Assembly: GCA_002633005.1 (NCBI GenBank)
Contig: NMRA01000001.1
Coordinates: 772,448 to 836,447, forward strand
Direction: 5' to 3'
From: Phoronis australis
Lineage: Eukaryota > Animalia > Phoronida
DNA length: 64,000 nucleotides
The position numbers were made by a program, and so were the translations under genes. A model generated the notes under the pieces. It had not been told where the DNA came from. It saw only the letters and a program-made list of their open reading frames with translations, and made no database searches. Below are positions 47,670 through 60,558 of this stretch, in pieces (position 1 is the stretch's first letter; each line of letters starts with the position of its first letter).

Positions 47670-50600
47670 CTACTCTATATTACAGTCCAACTCGATGCAC
47701 AAAATGTCCTTTTTGTCATCTCCGGTGTTTTCCCATTTCACAACAACGCCCATCTGAAAAACAACACCAGATACAGTTAACATCAAGCGCAGTGACAGTA
47801 GCACTAAATACCGCAATCTTTGTTGAATAAACAATGAAAAGTGCTTGAAATCAAGCCAATAGCTCATTTTTAAGTGCATGGCATGCTAACCAATGACATC
47901 ACAATTTCAACTAAAAGGAAATGAAGAAGAAATCATTCACTCGAGAGAATATCCAGTCTTGAGAGCCCAAAAGAATGAACATAGACCAGAGCCCGATACA
48001 ATCAAACTTTCTTTGGCACAATGCAGCCAAGTGTTATCAACAAAACTTTAAAAACATATCAGCAGAAGACAAGCCGAACCTATTATCCTTGCTCCTACGA
48101 TGTCAACAGTTAAACCTAGGGCATGTTTCATGAAAAGAGACTAACATCTTAAGACAGAAAGTGGCCCAGGATTTTATGCTTCCACTTCACAATCGCTGAA
48201 TAAAGATTTAGCCGAGCCTCATTATGAGCTTGTCAAATCTAGACATATATTATACAAATGTATTCAGTATTACAGTAACCAGTAGTTCTGTCTATAAATA
48301 TTCTAAGAGACTTTACATGTCTGCTCTTTGAAACAGTTGTGTGGAGCGTAAGACTGAGTTTTAACTTAAGTCTTAAGGTTACTTTTCACATTCTTGTAGC
48401 AAAATGTTTTGTGTCCAGGTAACAAAAAGCACAACCACTTCCAGTCATGTAGTGTTTTGTTTTCCATGAGTTTCCCAGGATACAACTTTTATTTTCAACG
48501 AGTTATTTTGTTGAAACAGTATAGTTATATGTTTTGCATTAAAATGATTGTTACCAAAAACCTGTATGCATGATTGCCAAAAGAGGGATTCTATATTCAT
48601 CCCTTGAAAGTTTCTACAACTTTGTCACGATTCTGCATCCTTTATTTTTTCCGTGTCTTCGAAGCATAGAAAGCTTTTACCAAATTTCATAAAAATCTGT
48701 CTAGGAACTTCAGAGAAACAAAGGGAAATTAAAAAAAAGAAACTGCCACTAGGGGGGCACGGAGCTTGTTGGATCCATCTGAAAGTTGTCGTCTACTTCA
48801 TATAAATAATTAAAATTGCCACTAGGGGGCACTGCGGTAGTCAGATTAGTCCTAAAACCATAATTGTTTGTTGCCAAGCACCAAATAAACTGCCACTAGT
48901 TTGCACAGTAGTAGAAGTCGTGGGAAAATCAGTCAGCTGTCCTCTTCGTAGTAAGAACATCATTATCAAACACGAAATGAAACGTTCCCAGCAATGCAGT
49001 GAGTTTTTGAATATGAAAAATCGACAGTTTAACAAACCTTGAACCAACTCCTGTGCACTCATAAAGAGACAAAACAAGACCCTATAAACATATTAGTTTC
49101 ACAACACGATACTAACCGTGGGATAGATCTTCAGAACGTCAATACTCGTATGGTAGGTGTAGGTTTTACCGGCAACCAGAGGACAGGTGATGCCAGAGTT
49201 TACGCATCCGTTAGGATTCTTCAGTGGAAAGGATACCTCCGACCCAAACACTTCACCGTGCACCAAGGCCGTCAAAGTCTTCGATGCCTCTCCTTCAGAA
49301 ACAATAGATAATGGTTATTGGTGTCAATTTTAGTCTCAAGAAAATGACAAGTCTTCATTCTGGGCAAAATATGCTGGACAGGTAAAATTTTATTTTGTAA
49401 AATTCATCAAAAACAATTTGATTAAAACATTTTTACTAGACAAAGTGTATACAATTTATATCAAGTGAATTACTGGTGTACTTAACAATATTTGGTTACA
49501 TTTTGAAAGAATTCGTGTACAGATTATAGATTTATAAAACAGTACTTTGGGGTCAGTAATTCACAATAGCACCCACCACTATAACAGTGACATCATTTCA
49601 AATATTGTTTCACATTTTTTTCTCGAAGTTGTAATACCTTCAGTATTCGAACCAGTCTCCCATATTTCGCAAGCCACCAGCAGATTAGGAACGTAATTCA
49701 AGCAGGCTTTCACAAATTCCATTTCAAAAATTAAAAAAGAGGAACAACCTGTACATAGACTAGTGGGTACAACACACCAATGCACTTGTTTGTGTGTAGC
49801 ACTTTGGGTCAATGGCCTTGTGGAAAGATAAAGATACATAACATTTATATTAAACAGGACGCCAACAAATAGACCTACCAGGCTGGAAGCTCATGGTGAA
49901 GTTCACCGACGTTCCTTTCTTGAAGACACATGTGTCGCTTTTCCCATTCACTAAAACGCTAATCACCTTGCCAGTGTCAGCAACACCCTCTGTGAACAAA
50001 CAGCATATGTGTCAATTAAATGTCCGCGATTCAAAAGGACCATCAGTACATCACCATTAGGTTAATTTTTTAATTACTCAATCCTCTTAGCTCGTTGTAG
50101 GACATGATTAGACATCAAGGTGTTGCCTCTACTTTACCGAATATTTCACCACAGCTTAGACCTCTCCCCAAAATGACTTAGTCGACACAAGTTTTAAGCT
50201 GTATTTCCTTCACACGCACTTGCATAGGTGGATTTTGGGGGGACCCACAGCCATGACTATGACCAACAAAAAAAGCAGTTGGATCATACCTATTTGTATC
50301 CCAGAAGTTTTCGTTCTACTCAATAAATCTTCATTCAACATGTCCTGAGAAACAATTTAAATGGCAAAGAAATGCATTGGAAAGAAATCTTGATAAGGAT
50401 TGCCAGAGTATCTGTCCCAGCTAGAACATCAGTATTCTCCTAACCGTACATGTTCAAATAGGGTGCTACACCATGGTTAAAATGTATTGCCCTACGTTTG
50501 GGAACCTTGAGTCATGTTCAAAAAGCTCCGAGCCATATGTTTAAAATGTTGATCCATGCTTGTAAAGTCTAAATTTTTTGCTATTTACAAGGCAAGTAAT

Positions 50601-51432
50601 TGAAATACTGTTACATGGAAATGAAAATACTAACACGGTAATTAATGAGAACCATGGATGTTTTTGTGAAGGAAGATTGGACCACAACCACACGATTTCA
50701 ATTTCCACCCTCTTTAAATTAATTCTTACTTAAAAAGGACTCTGAACGGGGCCGACTTTTTTAAAGGTGAACTTCTATGGGGATCAAAGAGCATCATAGC
50801 ATGATTTTGGTGGCAAAGCCACGGCCAAGCATAATTATCCATAATCAACAGAAAACCTTCCAGTGCAAATGGGCCCTATATGTAATGTATGGCCCAGTTC
50901 AGATGGTCTAGCACTGTTTAAAAGAATGTGTATAATGAGATACTACTACTGTACTAGTAGCCCAGGGAATGGAAACTTGGCGATGGCTGGCGGGTGGGGG
51001 AGGCAAAGAGAACAAGTCAATTATTCCCCAAAATCTCTTTTCCATGTTTCGATTCGGTCATTACTTCCTTAAATAATTCATTAAACTAATAAAAAGTTCG
51101 CAGGTAACTCAGAAACACCCCACCCCCAAAAATCTTTTTTACGATTCGAGGACCAAGAAGCCTTGTCCTAAGTAACACACAATGATTAGTGATCGCACCA
51201 ACCAACTTAACAAAGACAAAGTTAATTTCTACTTTCAAGATGCAACTCTTAAATCCAGGAAAAAAAGGCGAGAAGCAAGCCACTCGCCGGATTCGAAAAT
51301 CCAGTACTGTAGGGGTTACGTTAACACCACGATACATCTGTCATGCTCACCACAAAGTTTCCACATTTGATCTGCCTGTACATAGCTAACTGCTATTAAA
51401 AGGAATGTAGAAATAACGACGACACACTTCAT
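47670..51432 (-). CDS. NPC2: NPC2-like ML-domain lipid/cholesterol-binding protein, 150 aa
   Basis: Exons 51432-51351, 49989-49879, 49292-49117, 47753-47670 in frame (453 nt). Signal peptide MKCVVVISTFLLIAVSYVQA, then DQMWKLC..GKVISVLV..CVFKKGTSVNFTMSF..LTALVHGEVFG..FPLKNPNGCVNSGITCPLVAGKTYTY...IYPT..VVKWE..ILCIELDCNIE*. Confidence 0.9.
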
Positions 51433-51510
51433 CTCGGAGCACGGTTCTGTTGCGAGTGAGGCAAACTTCGTTCCGTTCCGCTATCTGTTTACAAGTATAA
51501 ATTGGCACAA

Positions 51511-51520
51511 GTCATGTGCC
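51511..51520. promoter_or_regulatory. CLEAR/M-box-like motif upstream of NPC2-like
   Basis: GTCATGTGCC ~80 bp upstream of the ATG, consistent with TFEB/MITF control of lysosomal genes. Confidence 0.4.
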
Positions 51521-51985
51521 TGTCGTCCGATGCTTGGTGCGCTAAAAACTAGGAGCAGTGACTGACATAATGTGTATTAATATGCACCTTCATCTACCGA
51601 GTACTGCCTTGCAATATTAAATGAGTACTTATATTACATATAAATTTATTTATTTTAGAGAATTAATTTTAAAAAGGTTCATAAATTGAGAAATCTGGTT
51701 CTCGATTTCGTACATTGAGTTAGTATTTTTGCAATAGCCTCAATTGAGGTCATGGTGATGGGAGCTACCGACCAACGGGGTGCACTGGAGTCAGTGGTTC
51801 TGCCGTGCGTGAACTTGGAATGGTGCTTAATCTCAAGATTAAGCGGAAGTGAGTGTTACTTGGAATTCCAAGATCACTTGCGTGACCTTAGAATAGTAGA
51901 AATTTATTCCAATTTCACGCACGGCAACACCATTCGCACGCACACGCGCCCACACACACATGGGAAAACAGCAAAATACATAAGA

Positions 51986-52358
51986 NNNNNNNNNNNNNNN
52001 NNNNNNNNNNNNNNNNNNNNNNNNNNNNNNNNNNNNNNNNNNNNNNNNNNNNNNNNNNNNNNNNNNNNNNNNNNNNNNNNNNNNNNNNNNNNNNNNNNNN
52101 NNNNNNNNNNNNNNNNNNNNNNNNNNNNNNNNNNNNNNNNNNNNNNNNNNNNNNNNNNNNNNNNNNNNNNNNNNNNNNNNNNNNNNNNNNNNNNNNNNNN
52201 NNNNNNNNNNNNNNNNNNNNNNNNNNNNNNNNNNNNNNNNNNNNNNNNNNNNNNNNNNNNNNNNNNNNNNNNNNNNNNNNNNNNNNNNNNNNNNNNNNNN
52301 NNNNNNNNNNNNNNNNNNNNNNNNNNNNNNNNNNNNNNNNNNNNNNNNNNNNNNNNNN
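51986..52358. other. Assembly gap (N run)
   Basis: 373 consecutive N. Confidence 0.99.
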
Positions 52359-53004
52359 GGTAGATTTTAAAAGCATGTTTTTAAGTTTAGAACGTAGGCC
52401 TATACATCCAAACTCGACACTGAAGTTCAATTTACCATAATTTCTTCTGTCACGTGAAAATTTGAGGACTTTGACTGGTTCACTTTTAATTTGAAGTCAT
52501 TCTTGTTGAAACTTAGAAACGGATTTGCCGCGTCATCACAGGCAACCCACGCATGTATAATTGACTTGTTGTGATCTACAAACCCAATCATCGTGTGAAT
52601 ACGGGACAATTTCAGTCTTCGTAGACAAGAGTGATAGCGAAATTAGTTTGCTTTGGGTGATCTCTTTTAATCGGTACACTTGAAGGTCATTGGGTAGATT
52701 TTAAAAGCATGTTTTTAAGTTTAGAACGTAGGCCTATACATCCAAACTCGACACTGAAGTTCAATTTACCATAATTTCTTCTGTCACGTGAAAATTTGAG
52801 GACTTTGACTGGTTCACTTTTAATTTGAAGTCATTCTTGTTGAAACTTAGAAACGGATTTGCCGCGTCATCACAGGCAACCCACGCATGTATAATTGACT
52901 TGTTGTGATCTACAAACCCAATCATCGTGTGAATACGGGACAATTTCAGTCTTCGTAGACAAGAGTGATAGCGAAATTAGTTTGCTTTGGGTGATCTCTT
53001 TTAA
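52359..53004. repeat. Identical direct duplication with 334-bp period, adjoining the gap
   Basis: 52359-52670 matches 52693-53004. The same 60-aa ORF is reported at 52427 and 52761. Confidence 0.9.
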
Positions 53005-53881
53005 CCGTGCACCATTTCACTTTTCACGTAATTTGTAGCATATGGCCGGTTCACGATTCGGAACACTAAGTGCAATTCAAGCTGCAGTTAGGTCGGTTCT
53101 CAGGGGCTCGAGGGGCTCGAATGAGCCCCCTCGCCATTTGGCGAAGTCACTGTGGGCAAAAAGGTCCGCCTCTGAGAAACAAAAACTCCAAAAAAGTAGG
53201 AACCGAGACAAGTCCACTAAAAAGGCGATGCACCACAAGGGGCTTTTTCAGTGCTGCGCCACCCATGCCGTATGCCATTGAAATTTTGAGTTAGATTAAG
53301 TATTCGAGGTAGGCCTACCAGCTAAAAGTGATTTTAAACGAACAATAGTATCGCACTGAACACCGGCCGGAATGACAGACAAATTGCACCCAGGAAAGGG
53401 TTCGCCAGCGACCCCTAACATGAGCTAGCTCATATATTCGATCGAGGTACCAGGCACAGAAAACAATTTCATGTGATTCAGTACATGTCACTGATCACTA
53501 AATTCCCCATGACATATTAAATATCCTCTGGAAAGGGTCCACCAAAGGAGCTAGCTCATACACTCAAGATGCCACAATAAACTATTCCATGTGACTCAAA
53601 TAGAAGTTACTGGTTAGGGTTATTTAATGTCCTGTGACAGACAAAACCGCATTCTGGGTTGTGCGTGCCAGCCCCAGAAATTTTTACCACGTAATTCTAT
53701 TGAAAATCTGATATAAAAATTGGATAACGAAGATTCTGGCTAAATGCTGGCAGAGTTGAACTGCGATAAGGAAGGTGCTATCACGTGCTTAGTTTGAAGT
53801 TCACGGCGAATTCTTGTATTTCCCGTTACTTTCGCGTGTACCAAAGCGTGTACTGAACTCTCATTGCTTAAAATGAATATC

Positions 53882-54252
53882 CCTTACAAAAATGAACTTA
53901 AGTTTTTCGCTGAAAACTTAAGTTTTGGGCAGAAAAACTTAGGATTTGAAACACTTAAAATTTTAAAAGAAACTTAAGTTTTAAGACCTAAGTCACTTTC
54001 GTCAAAAACTTAAATTCTTTTCAGCACCATCTTAAGTATTTCAGAGAACGTACGTTTTTCAGAAAACTTAAGTTTTTTCAAATCTAAAATTTAAGTTTTT
54101 GAAATGAAGTAATAACTTAAGTTTCTATGAAAACTTAAGTTTTTCAAACTTAAAAGCTTATCACAAAACTCGGTTAAGTTTTTCGAATTATAGGAGCTTA
54201 AGTTTTCCTGACTTCTTAAGTTTTTCAGAAAACTTATGTTTTTCATGTAAGG
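53882..54252. mobile_element. MITE-like element filled with AAAACTTAAGTTTT palindromes
   Basis: Ends CCTTACA / TGTAAGG, with roughly a dozen exact or degenerate AACTTAAGTT copies inside. Confidence 0.6.
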
Positions 54253-55783
54253 AAAACTTCTGAAAACTATAAAGTGTCTATGTTATCCGACAAAATTTAC
54301 GTTTTCAAGTTTTGAAAATTTGAATATTGTGAGATATTTGATTTTTACTGTTCGAAGTTTTATCAATTTTTCCAACAAAAAATTCTTGTTTGCTGATGCA
54401 AAACCCATTACTTAATAAAATTGTATGCATGTAAAATGGACAAATTCGTTGCCCTGAATTCCTTAACATTTAGATAACTTGAATCATTGCAAATCATAAA
54501 ACAATGAACGACTAAGGCTCGGACGGAACCAGCCATTTCATCGGTTAAAAAATATGGCACACACAACCCAGAGTGGGTTTTGTCCTTCACAGGCCATTTA
54601 CTAACAAGTAACTCGTATTTGAATCACATGGCATTGTTTCTTGTGGTACGTCGAAGGTTTGAGCTAGCGTTTTTGAGTTTCTAGCGACCTCGTCCAGCGT
54701 CGAGGACGGCAATTTGTCTGGCCTATGTGTCACTCGGTGTTCATTGCGGCACGATTATCGGTATAAGAAATTTTGATCTCGTTCCTTTTTTGTGGAGTAA
54801 GGCAATTACCGCCTTAGCGATGACTTCAAGGCAATAAAACTTGCTTTAACAAATCAAACTACCGTGGACTAAAACGGGTGATTTTTCTATCAAAGTGGCT
54901 TCCGAAACTGAATTATCCGATAAACATTCTGTCGTGGTTGGTTTATCCCGGAGAAATACGATACATATTAGCCAAAATACGATTTCATTGTTTCTGTTGT
55001 GCCTACTGCTGGAAGCGTGTTTACTGTAATGCCGGACGCACCATGACATTTGAGCGCCAACAAACGATTGCGAGAACGCTTTAACAATAACAAACTTCTT
55101 ACCTCATCCTGTAAACTTATTTCATCTGGAATCGAAACTGTACAGGGTACAAATGAATGAATGAATGAATGAACGGTCATTTTAAGAATTATAAGAAGCA
55201 CTGTGACCCAGCCTCGACGAGGCTTACAATAATGTAGCAATAATTAAACAAATTGATTAAAGACAAAATGAAGGAACATGGGAGAATCTGTGTACATTAC
55301 TCTAGCAACTGAACAATAATTAATTATGTAAATATCATCTTTTTCAGTGAGGCGTGGGTTTTGTTGCAACTACTTGCAATAATTAATTAATCACAACATC
55401 GAAAGAAACATGGAAGAACATGGAAGAAACTGTGAGACATGCCACTCAACTAACAGTAACAGGAGATAAGAAGCAGTAGAGTACAAATTTAACTTCCGGC
55501 TTGAAAAATAATCCCTGAGATGTTTAGCTAAAGAACGTATGGTACTTTCATTGGCCAAACATGACTGTTTACTGGTGTCTAGGCTAAACTGCCTGACATT
55601 TGGTACGCTGATTACATTTTTGACTATACCAAGATACTATTCATTAAAAAATGGGGAGGCCATAGGGACTCATCTGTAAATTAGAGCTGGCATATTTGAC
55701 AGAATTTCATTCAAACAATCCGAGAAAGAAGGCATTGTGTGTTAACCGGTTTTCTCCGTGTGACATGAAATACTCATGATTTA

Positions 55784-55941
55784 TGACGTCGCTTTCGTAA
55801 AACGTAACAATGGTACATTTCTCGGATGTGCACTCGACGTTAATTGTAACAATCACATAAAATGTAACAACCTGTTGCATTTTAGATGAGGCCTAGCAAC
55901 GTAAAATGTAACAATTGTTACATTTTACCGCGTATCAGCGC
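55784..55941. repeat. Dispersed repeat family D copy 1 (AAAATGTAACAA subrepeats)
   Basis: Colinear with 57931-58103. Confidence 0.75.
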
Positions 55942-56140
55942 ATGCATTCCTAACACCATATTTGGAGGATGGCTGCGAAACCAGGTCAAGCAATAGAAAT
56001 CTAGGCCTACACTAGAAAAAGAGTTTGCTCAATAGTCCATTTATGAGTAGATCGAGCTGGCAAAGATTAAGAAAACACCGAGCGAAAAGAGTACGAAAGG
56101 GATATAGAGACACATTTACCACAAGAACAGTGCAATAAAA

Positions 56141-56260
56141 GAAATACTTGATGTCACACCACTCGTGATCGATGCTTAGGAAACAATAGGAAAGTCAGAC
56201 ACCTGGGTCAAGTTAAATAGAACAATAGCAGATGGCACGTTCCCCTTAGACAATATAGCG
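56141..56260 (+). pseudogene. Possible decayed transposon-associated ORF fragment
   Basis: Reads EILDVTPLVIDA*ETIGKSDTWVKLNRTIADGTFPLDNIA*. The FPLDNIA motif recalls repetitive uncharacterised invertebrate ORFs; this is from memory and unverified. Confidence 0.3.
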
Positions 56261-57930
56261 TGAACTGGTGGGCGCTAGAGAAATTCAAGATGAGCGGTCC
56301 TACATGCCAAAACGTGGAAATCGGTGTAATGAGCCATTCTCGCGCCAAACCTTTTATTCTGTGGTATATGAATTCTAGATATTTAGTCCACTTCGAAGTC
56401 GTTGCGGAAATTTAATACGTGGTTTACGTCGCAGAAGCCAACAAATCTCAGTTATTTCTGGGAGATATAGACGGTCTATGCAGTAGGTCGGACAGCAAGT
56501 TTTTGGCCGGGAATACGATTGCAAAGTCACTTGACATTACCTATCAAGATGCTGGTTTATGTGCACAGGAATGAGTTACTTTTCTGCAGGTATTGATGCA
56601 TAGCTAGACAATAACAATAAGTTGAAAATTCACCGGCTCAATGCGAAACCGTACATGAGTTGCTCATGACGAGTTCGTACAGATATTTTGAGAGTAAGTA
56701 TCATAAAATGCTACATATCTCAAACTACAAGTTACACTTCTCATATGCGCGTTTTCTATGGTTACATGGTTCAGCACTCAAACACAAAAATTTAGATAAA
56801 CAAGAACAAATGTAAAAAATGACGTTCGAAGTTTATCGTGTGAAGTCTCTTGAGCCTAGTCAGTATAGGGACCCTATTAATGTAATTAAGGTCACATTCA
56901 ACGACTACTCCTCCACTGAGTGCATGCCAACAGTTTCATAACAGGGTAAACGATCTCATAGAGTACGCCTTGTCGGTGAATTTCTGCCAATTTTACTAAT
57001 GATGACGCCGTACCCCGGCCTCACGACCACTCCAAACACGTATAGTTTATGTCCGTACACGTGATTCTAATGACCTGCTAACCGCAGCCATAGCCGTCTA
57101 GTCGCCAGTTCAGTCAAGAATGTCTGTCTCCAGAGTTCAAATTAAGACAATTGTTGAACTTAAACATTATAGAATGATCGAGCCTCAGTTCTTTGAACAG
57201 AAATGTTTTCAACCAGAGAAAAATGATAACACGATGGTTATCCTCACGATGTGAGTCGCACGTAAGAGATTACAGTGTGAATTCAGTTATTCGTGACAAA
57301 CTACCAAAAGTTATAGTAATATCACAAACAATAACCGTGCTTGCCGAAAGTTCAGAAATAATCAATTTTTGAAGTTGGCGCACGTCTAAACAAGATTTTA
57401 AATCTCAACCTCCTCGTTTCCAAAAAGTAGGCCTCCTCTGCATTCCCAGCTGTCAAGATGTTTCTCACAATATCGTTTAGGGTTGAAACGGCACTCGACG
57501 TTCATTACGGGAAGCCCGGTGAAAACATTGAACCATAAATGCGATGATTTTAAAACCTTTGGAGTCATGTGTATATTGCACTGTGTCCATGTTAAAAGAA
57601 TTCAAAAATAATAATAACAGTAATAGTAATAATAAGGGTTAGCCAAAGTCATGCCGTGTCAACCTATAGAACAGGTATACGAAAAATGCCCAAAAGAGTG
57701 ACAGTGTCACAGCAAAAATACTCTCCAAAATGGTGCCATTTTCGACAAGATACTATCTAAAAGGGTGTTTTTTCTGAATTTCTGGAACAAAACTGTGCGA
57801 AAATGTGAATTATTACAGAGAAGTACATTCTAAACGCGCAACTTTTTGTCAAAGCCCACTCTCACTAAATGGGTAGGTAGACCGTGGTAAATACCACGTG
57901 TTCGTGACTTTGGTCATTTACTTTGTAATA

Positions 57931-58103
57931 TGACGTTGGTTTCCTAAAATGTAACAATGGTACATTTCTCGCATACCCATTCGACGTAAAATGTAACAAT
58001 TACGTAAAATGTCACAACTTGTTGCATTTTAGGAGAGGCTTAGCAACGTAAAATGTAACAATGACATAAAATGCAGTGTTACATTTCACGGCGTATCAGA
58101 GCG
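57931..58103. repeat. Dispersed repeat family D copy 2
   Basis: Direct copy of 55784-55941 (gtaacaatggtacatttctcg ... gcaacgtaaaatgtaacaat ... gcgtatcag). Confidence 0.75.
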
Positions 58104-58815
58104 CTTTCATTTATTACTATGGCCGGCGACTGTACTTGTAAATTATATACTTAAAATACTACCATCTATCAAGGGGGTTTAGCTGCGCGAGTTGTGAGAC
58201 CGATTACAGCGGACGGAGGTTAACCTCCGAAAATTACTGTTCTTCAAATGTACATATTGCTTTCCAGTCGCAACTGCTTATGCAAGTTTTTACCTATGTT
58301 ATTATGATTTACAACTGTGATGTCTCATAATCTTACGTTCTATCGTTTTATTTTATTAATTATTTCCCTACATAATTTGTGCAGACGTTTTTCATTTCAC
58401 TGGTACAACGTCTCACTTTTTTATTTGCACTGTTTTTTCTCATTTACTGATATATGTATTTATGCTTTGTTTATTTATTTATTTATGTTGTATGGTATGT
58501 TGATTTCGTGTCTTTCATTTATTCCAATATGTACATATTGTTGTACATTTTTTAACTGGGCACTGGGGGAGAACATTGAATGACACTGAAGAGGCTACCC
58601 ACTTTAAATACATATTTCATTAGTCAATGTAACTTTTCTACTTTAGTACACAGGTCTGTAGTTTATTCAAATACAAACACAACCCTTATAGTTCACCCAT
58701 GTATTAAGGACTTAGTCAACGAATTCTACAAATGATTCGGAATCGCATGAAACTATACCCGCACATTTGATTTTAAACACACATCGTGCAGTTTCTACAT
58801 CTCATGTTTACTTGA

Positions 58816-60558
58816 TCAAGGTTTTCCGAAGAAAGCACACCTCAATATAAAATCCGGAGTATTCTTGGTCTCTCTTTGTCCGTGAGCGCAGATTTCCTCG
58901 CAAAATTCCTTGTCCTTGCAACCTTCGAAAGCATTGCCTTCTTTCATACACTTGCGAAGGTTTGCGGGGGTGACCTGTGAACACGAAAAATTAAACCTTT
59001 CAGTTGAAGCTGCATTAAGTCCGTGGTTTCAGTCAAACCAGCCTCCCGTTCAGTAACGCTAGGACCTCGCTAAAAAGCAAGACTTCGCGAGATTACGTGA
59101 GATGTTGCCGTGTACTTTAAGTGAGAGCACGTGACTTTGACTAGGTTTTTACTAGGTCCTAGCGTAGGTCCTAGCGTCTACTGAACGCACGGCAGTTTTG
59201 CTTTAGACTACTCAATGTTTATAAAAAATATTCTGAAGTTCCGCAATTGTACAACAAAATTAATTTCTTTCTATATGGATGTCAAGAACTTAACTCAAAC
59301 GAAAATAAGGTTTTATTTGAAATAGTATCAGAATTTCTTTATAACATTAAATCTCTTTGTGTGAGTGGATAGAATTTCATACATCTGTATGAAAATGAAT
59401 TATTTTCATTCGTTGTCATATTATATCATTGTATTCTTAACATCAGTTTTTTATTTATGTATTCGTATATAATAATTGTATATAGACTTCTTTGTATTTT
59501 TTCTTACCCAGATCTAATGCCTCTTGGCGCTTTCTGGGTTATGTATGTTCATTGTATTCGGAAGATTTCGAAATAAACATTAAAAAAAAAACCACTCATC
59601 GTTGTAGAATTGGTCTTGTATAGCTCCTTACTCTGTGCTCGGCAAGAATTGACAGCGAGTTATTTCTTCAGACTAATTTCATATTAAGTTACGCCGTGAG
59701 GGTTAGGGTCCTCGTTTAAATGGACTTGCATATCACGAATCTCGATATAATAATTCCATCGTGTTTATCACGTACATGTGTAAGACATATTAACTTACCT
59801 TGTTCGACTATATTTGAATTACATTAATGTTAAGAAAGTATCACTGATAACGTCTGCCATTTGGGTATGAGAAAAGCCATTGGAATTGTTCCCAGCTCTG
59901 GTGTGACACTAACTACATTTTGTTTGACTTTTGATGTGTGCACAATTGCTCAAGAAACGCCACGTGTATATAATTTTTTACCGGTGCAGTTTGTTTAAGG
60001 TTAAACCACACTTTGAGCACAAATCCCTACGCTTTTTCTGGTTAGTTTATGCTACAATTCCACGACCTCGGAAATTAACTGAGGTTCTAGAAGTACCCAC
60101 ATTACCTTTGAGTTCGCTATCAAAGGTTCGCACCACTTCATACATTCGGGTTGCTTTGCACACATCGATGTCGGCTTGCCCTCAAAGAAACACGATTTGA
60201 ATTCCTCTGATTTGCCAGTGATGTACGTTTCAGAAGTTAATAGATCGTAAAAACTGTAGCACCAGGATACAAGGTTTTTTCCACGGTTACAAACATGAGT
60301 TACTTCAGAGCAGTTGAGACGATTTTCCAGTCCATACGTGCATAGCGAAGTTAGAGGGGGACTGTTGACGTACAGGTGACGGAAATAAGGACAGAAGGTT
60401 TCGCACCAAAAGTTGCGAGATCCATCCTTGTTGCGACAAGTTTCCGCAAAATCCAAATATAAGCGCTGAGTGGGATCGAAGACGTACGTGGAGCAACAGC
60501 TGTCAAAGCAGCACCACACCAGGACAGCAAAAAAGAGATGAAAGCTTATCCGAGCCAT
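58816..60558 (-). CDS. Orphan secreted cysteine-rich repeat protein, 203 aa
   Basis: Exons 60558-60106 (acceptor TTTCAG directly before ATG; donor AAG|GTAATG) and 58974-58816 (acceptor TTCACAG), phase 0. Hydrophobic signal peptide, 16 Cys in the predicted mature chain, two C-x9-C-x5-C-x3-C units. AATAAA on minus strand at 58662-58667. Confidence 0.78.
59039..59195. mobile_element. MITE family B copy 2
   Basis: Colinear with 13347-13502, same inverted ends. Confidence 0.8.

Noticed and set aside
51752-52430. 203-aa and 171-aa ORFs
   Set aside because: Their length comes from reading through the N gap.
52359-53004. Identical 334-bp-period duplication with twin 60-aa ORFs as a gene duplication
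   Set aside because: Perfect identity right beside a scaffold gap points to an assembly overlap or collapsed tandem array; the ORF has no recognisable features.
53882-54252. Palindromic repeat-spacer pattern as a CRISPR array
   Set aside because: Eukaryotic context, irregular short spacers, degenerate repeats and no cas genes.
55103-55137. Isolated minus-strand exon-like segment with a GTAAG donor
   Set aside because: No partner exons or recognisable product found.
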